DNA from: Bdellovibrio sp. | Lineage (GTDB): Bacteria; Bdellovibrionota; Bdellovibrionia; Bdellovibrionales; Bdellovibrionaceae | NCBI GenBank assembly: GCA_036676395.1 | Contig: JAKFCY010000002.1 | Location: 1,504,001 to 1,568,000, forward strand | Direction of reading: 5' to 3' | DNA length: 64,000 nt | In this document: one piece after another, positions 58,866-64,000 of the stretch | Numbering within the stretch: position 1 is the first letter of the stretch | How the letters are laid out: every line of letters starts with the position of its first letter | The notes under the pieces: generated by a model | Told to the model about the DNA's origin: nothing | The model's input: only the letters and a program-made list of their open reading frames with translations | Database searches by the model: none | Translations under genes and position numbers: made by a program

Positions 58866-61277
58866 GTGAATTACACCTGGATCAGACTCCTATTATTAAT
58901 CGGATTAAGCTTTGTCACCAAAGCCTTGGCCCAGACAGGACCACCAACGTCTCAAAAAGCGGCCGTATCAGCACCTGTACAGGCCGATTCTCCTTCGCTA
59001 ATTTCATCTAAGATTTCTGGTTTTACTATTACGGCCGAAAATCTTTATCGCGATTTAGAAAAAGACATCATTCAAATTTCTGGCAGCGTACAAATCATTT
59101 ATCAAAATCAACATTTCAGCGCTGATTTTGTTGAAATCAATCTAAAGAAAAAACACGCCTACTTTCGCGGGCGCGTAAATATTCAAACTATTGAATACAA
59201 CGTCGGCGGCGACGAAGTTAGTCTTGATTATTACTCAAATCAGGCCTTGATCGTTAACGGCTATGTGCAATCTAATAACATTACCTTTAAAGGTAAACTG
59301 ATCGAACAACGTGGTCCGACGACGTTCTTTATTGCTGATGCAGATTTTACAACGTGCACCAACTGCCCTTCGACCTGGAGTTTTCAAGGCAGTCAGATTC
59401 GCGCCGAACTTGGCGGGTATGCGTTTTTAAAAAATACGTTTTTAAAAGTCAGTGATGTTCCTATTTTTTGGCTTCCGTACTTAGTGTTACCACTTAAGAA
59501 CGAACGTCAGTCAGGCTTTTTATTTCCAGAGTTTGGCTATATCCGCAATCGCGGTTTATTTTTCTCTGAAAGTTTTTTCTGGGCGATATCAAGATCGCAA
59601 GATTTAACCTTCACTTTGAAAAACTATGAACTGGGTGGATTAAAAGAACTTATTGAGTACCGCTATGCTTTGAGTGATTTTAGCGGTGGCCAGTTAAATG
59701 TGGCGCACTTCAATGACACCGTATTTTCTGCTGACTATGCAAAAACCGGACAAATTAACGAGGGCACTACTTTTCGGCGTTGGGCGATTCAAGGCTATTC
59801 ACAACAAGAAATTAACGATGTTGCTCAGGTTCGGGTAAAAATTAACCAAATCAGCGATCTTCAGTACCCTAAAGATTTTTATGAAGAATTTAAAACTTAT
59901 GCCGAAGGTGGTTTAGAAAATAGATTAAATATTTCTGCTCATAGTCATCATGCCCTAGGTCAGTTCGATTCGATCTATTATAAACATTTACTTGAAAGCG
60001 ATCCACTTCAGTCAAACTCTTCGGCGGTTCATGCGCTACCCGAATTAAAATTTGACATCACAACGACTCAAATTGCTGACTCGCCCATTTATTTTAAATT
60101 AAATGCCCAATACGATAATTTCTATCGCAAAAACAAGTGGGATGATATTTCTACTTTAGATAGCCAAAAATATGTTACCAATATTGCGAACAATCCGGCC
60201 TGCGCCCACAATGCAAGCACAGGCTGCATATCAGTTTACGATGGCACTTTTAATCAAGGCAACGACATCCTGCGCACTGGCCAGCGCGCATTCTACAAAG
60301 CTTCATTACTTACACAAAGTTTTACCCCAGTAGATTATTTAAATATTTCGCCCGAAGTTTCTTACAACGAAGCTCATTATTTTTTCTCAGAAGGCGATGA
60401 CCGGTATAATTCACGTCGTTATGCCCAAATTGATATTAATTCACGCAGCCGGATGTACCGAATTTACGAATCCGACAATCAAGACACTAAATATAAGCAT
60501 GAGTTAATTCCTGAACTTTCATACACTTATATTCCTTTTGTTGACCAAGATGCCCATCCATTTTTCGGAAACATTGAAAACGGCGAATATTCTTTTTCAT
60601 CACGCAATAACTTGGCCGACTCTGATTTAAATACGCCTTATGGTTTGCAATACGACTATTATGACCGCATTTATGATCGACACTTGGTGACACTGACCTT
60701 TTTAAACCGTGTCATAAAAAAACGTATGTCTGACAAATCTTATAAGAATATTTTAGATTTTCGTTTAGCACAGTCTTACGACCTCTACCAGATTCAAAAC
60801 AAATACAGTCAAAGCAACCAACCCTTGTCTGATTTATCAGGAACACTAAATTTAAATATTGATCAATTTACATTTGCAAACCAATTCAATTATTATCCGT
60901 ATTTGTCTGCAACCAATTCAACAACATCGCTTTCATATCTTAACGATCAACAACAGTATTTTAAAATCGGTTACAACTCAAACCGAGCGCAAGGTCCGCG
61001 CGTTGATGATGTGGTCTTAGCCTTAGGTTTTGTAACAAAATATATTAATGTCTTATCAGGCTTTATCGTCGACACAAGCGAAGATCGCAGCAGTGATTCA
61101 AGACTTAAAAAGTTTTCTTTAATTACCCAGTTAAAACCCCCGGGCGAATGTTGGGGAGTTAATTTTTACCGCGAACAACAAGTTGGTCTAGAAGCTGAGT
61201 GGCGCGTGCGTTTTGATTTTTCTTTCGACGGAAAACCACCAAAGATTATTCCGCCGGACGAGTTAAAAATTCAATAG
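58866..61277 (+). CDS. lptD: LPS-assembly outer membrane protein
   Basis: Signal peptide, OstA-like N-domain, FTTC..C...WSF, PIFWLPY, RQSGFLFP, aromatic beta-barrel, CW near the C-terminus. Confidence 0.92.
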   Translation: MNYTWIRLLLLIGLSFVTKALAQTGPPTSQKAAVSAPVQADSPSLISSKISGFTITAENLYRDLEKDIIQISGSVQIIYQNQHFSADFVEINLKKKHAYFRGRVNIQTIEYNVGGDEVSLDYYSNQALIVNGYVQSNNITFKGKLIEQRGPTTFFIADADFTTCTNCPSTWSFQGSQIRAELGGYAFLKNTFLKVSDVPIFWLPYLVLPLKNERQSGFLFPEFGYIRNRGLFFSESFFWAISRSQDLTFTLKNYELGGLKELIEYRYALSDFSGGQLNVAHFNDTVFSADYAKTGQINEGTTFRRWAIQGYSQQEINDVAQVRVKINQISDLQYPKDFYEEFKTYAEGGLENRLNISAHSHHALGQFDSIYYKHLLESDPLQSNSSAVHALPELKFDITTTQIADSPIYFKLNAQYDNFYRKNKWDDISTLDSQKYVTNIANNPACAHNASTGCISVYDGTFNQGNDILRTGQRAFYKASLLTQSFTPVDYLNISPEVSYNEAHYFFSEGDDRYNSRRYAQIDINSRSRMYRIYESDNQDTKYKHELIPELSYTYIPFVDQDAHPFFGNIENGEYSFSSRNNLADSDLNTPYGLQYDYYDRIYDRHLVTLTFLNRVIKKRMSDKSYKNILDFRLAQSYDLYQIQNKYSQSNQPLSDLSGTLNLNIDQFTFANQFNYYPYLSATNSTTSLSYLNDQQQYFKIGYNSNRAQGPRVDDVVLALGFVTKYINVLSGFIVDTSEDRSSDSRLKKFSLITQLKPPGECWGVNFYREQQVGLEAEWRVRFDFSFDGKPPKIIPPDELKIQ

Positions 61278-61284
61278 TTTCAGG

Positions 61285-62694
61285 CTACTCACTTTTAATC
61301 AAAGTGCAGCCAAGGTTTTCACCACGATACTGAGCGATCGCTTTTTGACCAAACAAGCCACTACCAAATTGGGCTGTCACTGTTCCATCTTGGTTAACTT
61401 TAAGTTCAGGTAAAACTTTAGCAATGGCTTTAAGATCTTTTTTGCAAGCTGCTTCACTGCGCCCAACAACCAAGCGGCAAGAGCAGTATTCTTTAGCGCC
61501 ATACGCCCGCATTAAATGCGGAAAACTAGTTCCCAGCTCACTGTTTGTATCATCAGCCGACTGGTCAGCCCACGTTTTTGTAATTGCTGCTTTTTCTGCG
61601 AAAGTTTTAGAGTCTCCCACTGTTTCATAGCTGTAACCTTTAGCTAAAATAAATTTTTTGGTGGCCGCGTAAAAAGCCAAGCGATCAAAATCTTTTTCAT
61701 CCATCGCTAATTTTACCATCACTAAATTTTGTGACGGACTAGACATCACGATCTGACCTTGAAACCCATACATAATCACTGAATCTAAAGGTAAATCATT
61801 ATAAGCCGATGGCTGATTTCTGCCTTCTATCGGAAGATTTGTAATCGCTTGCATAGAGTAGGCTTTATTTTCAGGGTTTCCCTCTTGAACTTTTTTCTGA
61901 ACACCGTCGGCAACTTTATTCAAAAGTTCTATGTACCTAGCTGGAATAATTTGCTTTCCGTTCCAGACACCTTTGTTCATTACAAGTTGGCCCATTTTTA
62001 AAAAATCAGGCGCTGACATATAGATGTAAGCAGAACCTACAAAAGTGCCATTCATATCTTGTTCAAAGGTGGCATTGATTCCCAACGGTTTGAACAATTT
62101 TTCAAATGGATAATTATCATAAACTTCTTTGTTACCAATGGCGCTTTGTAAAATCCCTAACAAAATATTTGTGTCACCACTTGAATAATTAAAATACTCA
62201 CCCGGCCCACCTGTAGGGGAAAGCGGATTTCTTAGCATGTAATCCACATAACCTTTGGCATGGCCATCCAGATATAACATGTTTGTTAAATCTAAATTTA
62301 AAGGAAGTCCTTCAAAGGCTTCTTTATATTTAATTCCTGAAGACATACCCAGAACATCAATAATGCGCGCATTGTTCTGAAACGTAGGAAGATATTTTTT
62401 AACGGGATCATTAATTGAAAGTAATCCTTCGCCTTCAGCGATACCAATTAGAATTCCCGACATGGTTTTTGCGGTCGACCAAGAAAGATGTTTTGTTTTT
62501 GGTGTATATTCACGTGCGTAATATTCGTAAATAAGTTTTCCGTCTTTATAAATAATCACCGCATCGGTGTTGGCTTTTTTGGTGTCGCGAAGTGCGGCAG
62601 TTAACTCTTCTTCGGGTGCTGCTGCCTTAGATATCGACGCAATAAATATGGCACATAACAATATGGATACGATCTTTGAAAACCCGTTTTTCAT
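61285..62694 (-). CDS. Exported serine hydrolase (beta-lactamase/AmpC-like family)
   Basis: SWSTAK (SxxK), LGMSSG, PGEYFNYSSG, GFQGQ; Cys-containing C-terminal domain. Confidence 0.9.
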   Translation of the reverse strand: MKNGFSKIVSILLCAIFIASISKAAAPEEELTAALRDTKKANTDAVIIYKDGKLIYEYYAREYTPKTKHLSWSTAKTMSGILIGIAEGEGLLSINDPVKKYLPTFQNNARIIDVLGMSSGIKYKEAFEGLPLNLDLTNMLYLDGHAKGYVDYMLRNPLSPTGGPGEYFNYSSGDTNILLGILQSAIGNKEVYDNYPFEKLFKPLGINATFEQDMNGTFVGSAYIYMSAPDFLKMGQLVMNKGVWNGKQIIPARYIELLNKVADGVQKKVQEGNPENKAYSMQAITNLPIEGRNQPSAYNDLPLDSVIMYGFQGQIVMSSPSQNLVMVKLAMDEKDFDRLAFYAATKKFILAKGYSYETVGDSKTFAEKAAITKTWADQSADDTNSELGTSFPHLMRAYGAKEYCSCRLVVGRSEAACKKDLKAIAKVLPELKVNQDGTVTAQFGSGLFGQKAIAQYRGENLGCTLIKSE

Positions 62695-62812
62695 AATGAA
62701 TACTCCCTGATATGAAAACGATCTCTTAATTAGAATGTTTGCACCAGTTATGTTGCATTCAGTCGACTTTATTCATAGCACTGCATAGATTTTCGGGGCA
62801 ATTCGCCAGCGA

Positions 62813-63226
62813 TTAGACAATTTCATCGAGCGAAATGAAGTGCAGCTTACCGTCACTGAGTACAAACACCACATAACCTTCAACTTTTATGTTACACACA
62901 CAGTTTCGACGTCGCTCTCCAAGTAAGACATACTTTAGCCGCTGGATTTGTTTTGTTCCTATCCGCTCAAATGCGCGCCAGTATTGATCCAGATACTTTA
63001 CTTCAAGGAGCACTCGCCGCTTTCCTTTTTCAACAACAAGATCAACTTCAACACCATCAAACTTAGTGCGTTCAGATGAAATGCTCCAGCCGTTTGATAG
63101 AAAATACTTTCGCACTACAGCTTCAGCGTCTGCTCCGCGCTGGTGAAATTTATCTGTTAGTTTAGAGGTGTTCTTTGACGCCGCCGAAGGTTTTTCGGTG
63201 GTGGATGGTTGGTTTAAAGTTTTCAA
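62813..63226 (-). CDS. yraN: YraN (UPF0102) family endonuclease-fold protein
   Basis: RG..AE.....YF...GW, EVDLV, LLEVK. Start uncertain: every candidate start lies inside rnhB. Confidence 0.8.
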   Translation of the reverse strand: MKTLNQPSTTEKPSAASKNTSKLTDKFHQRGADAEAVVRKYFLSNGWSISSERTKFDGVEVDLVVEKGKRRVLLEVKYLDQYWRAFERIGTKQIQRLKYVLLGERRRNCVCNIKVEGYVVFVLSDGKLHFISLDEIV

Positions 63227-63797
63227 TGGCTGTGCGGTGAATTTCGGTCGCGTAGCCTTTGTGTTTTTCAAATCCATATACAGGGAATTCCTTTGCAAGC
63301 TCTGCCATTAACTGATCACGCGCCACTTTGGCGATGATAGAAGCTGCAGAGATGCAACGCATGTGCTGATCCCCTTTGATAATAGGTAACTGTTTGTAGT
63401 CTTTAAGATCCGAAACACGGTCACGTCCGTCGATCAGAAGTGTTCCGTTCTTGATATTTAACTGATCTTTTAGTTTTTCTTCTAAAGAGCGAACAGCTCT
63501 TGTCATCGCCAGATAAGTGGCTTGCAGAATATTGATCTCATCAACTTCTTCAACTGAAGCCCAGCCCAGAGCCCAATGGTGATTGGCGCGAATTTCTAAA
63601 GCTAAGGCTTCACGTTTTTCTTCTGACAGGGTTTTTGAATCAAGAAAATGTTTTACAGGGAATTGATCATTTAAAATGACAACGCCGGCACACACTGGGC
63701 CGGCGAGGCATCCACGCCCTACTTCATCGATACCGATAAATGGGGTTGGAAGATCTTTTAACGTCTTACGGTTAAAAGTATTATTTTTTTGAATCAT
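63162..63797 (-). CDS. rnhB: Ribonuclease HII
   Basis: [43 protein letters not shown]. Confidence 0.98.
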   Translation of the reverse strand: MIQKNNTFNRKTLKDLPTPFIGIDEVGRGCLAGPVCAGVVILNDQFPVKHFLDSKTLSEEKREALALEIRANHHWALGWASVEEVDEINILQATYLAMTRAVRSLEEKLKDQLNIKNGTLLIDGRDRVSDLKDYKQLPIIKGDQHMRCISAASIIAKVARDQLMAELAKEFPVYGFEKHKGYATEIHRTAIENFKPTIHHRKTFGGVKEHL

Positions 63798-64000
63798 TAG
63801 ATGAAGTAGCTACTAATTCAGACTCGATACGAGCTGCTTTACCATCTAAATCACGTAAGTAATAAAGTTTAGCGCGACGTACTTTACCGTGAGCAACTAA
63901 TTCAACTGAATCAATAGCTGGAGAGTTGAACGGGAAAGTTCTTTCAACGCCTACACCCGCAGAAATTTTACGAACTGTAAAAGATTTGTGAGCGTGACCT
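63781..64000 (-). CDS. rplS: 50S ribosomal protein L19, C-terminal part (5' end outside the window)
   Basis: Manual translation: ...[67 protein letters not shown]. Confidence 0.97.
   Translation of the reverse strand, partial: GHAHKSFTVRKISAGVGVERTFPFNSPAIDSVELVAHGKVRRAKLYYLRDLDGKAARIESELVATSSNDSKK

Noticed and set aside
12111..61630. Numerous 60-143 aa ORFs in the track overlapping larger genes (for example 12111..12515, 18296..18727, 41408..41800, 49164..49508)
   Set aside because: They are antisense or alternate-frame shadows of well-supported genes, with no RBS or recognisable motifs.
1..64000. CRISPR array, rRNA or IS element
   Set aside because: I saw no regularly spaced direct repeats, rRNA-like sequence or transposase ORF.

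Overview
This is a gene-dense, AT-rich bacterial chromosomal window. Gene content suggests a predatory Bdellovibrionota (Bdellovibrio/Pseudobdellovibrio-like) genome: a DUF4423/TIGR02147 HTH protein, DUF4360, many exported Cys-rich orphans, and the order dnaE-guaA-guaB-miaB...lptD-rnhB-rplS. This taxonomy is inferred. Positions ~21-64 kb are mostly housekeeping and metabolism (ttcA, arfB, tRNA-Val(GAC), lipB, dnaE, cysK, guaAB, miaB, thiolase-scoAB, pyk, HU, lptD, rnhB, rplS). Positions 1-21 kb are accessory-rich. Most notable: (1) a lone Xer-type tyrosine recombinase with a near-palindromic 11-6-11 dif-like site (8413-8440) in the divergent promoter between a wHTH gene and a HicB-like/excisionase-HTH gene; (2) an AT-richer segment with a PhcB-like SAM methyltransferase, a coupled membrane protein and an orphan histidine kinase, plus a 36-nt diverged relic of the neighbouring radical SAM gene; (3) two tandem exported Cys-rich paralogues with an internal signal-peptide-like motif and Cys on both sides of a hydrophobic helix; (4) a probable phospholipid-scavenging cluster; (5) repeated -10-box-N6-ATG leaderless-type starts, including dnaE. 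All family calls come from motifs read by eye; no database searches were run.
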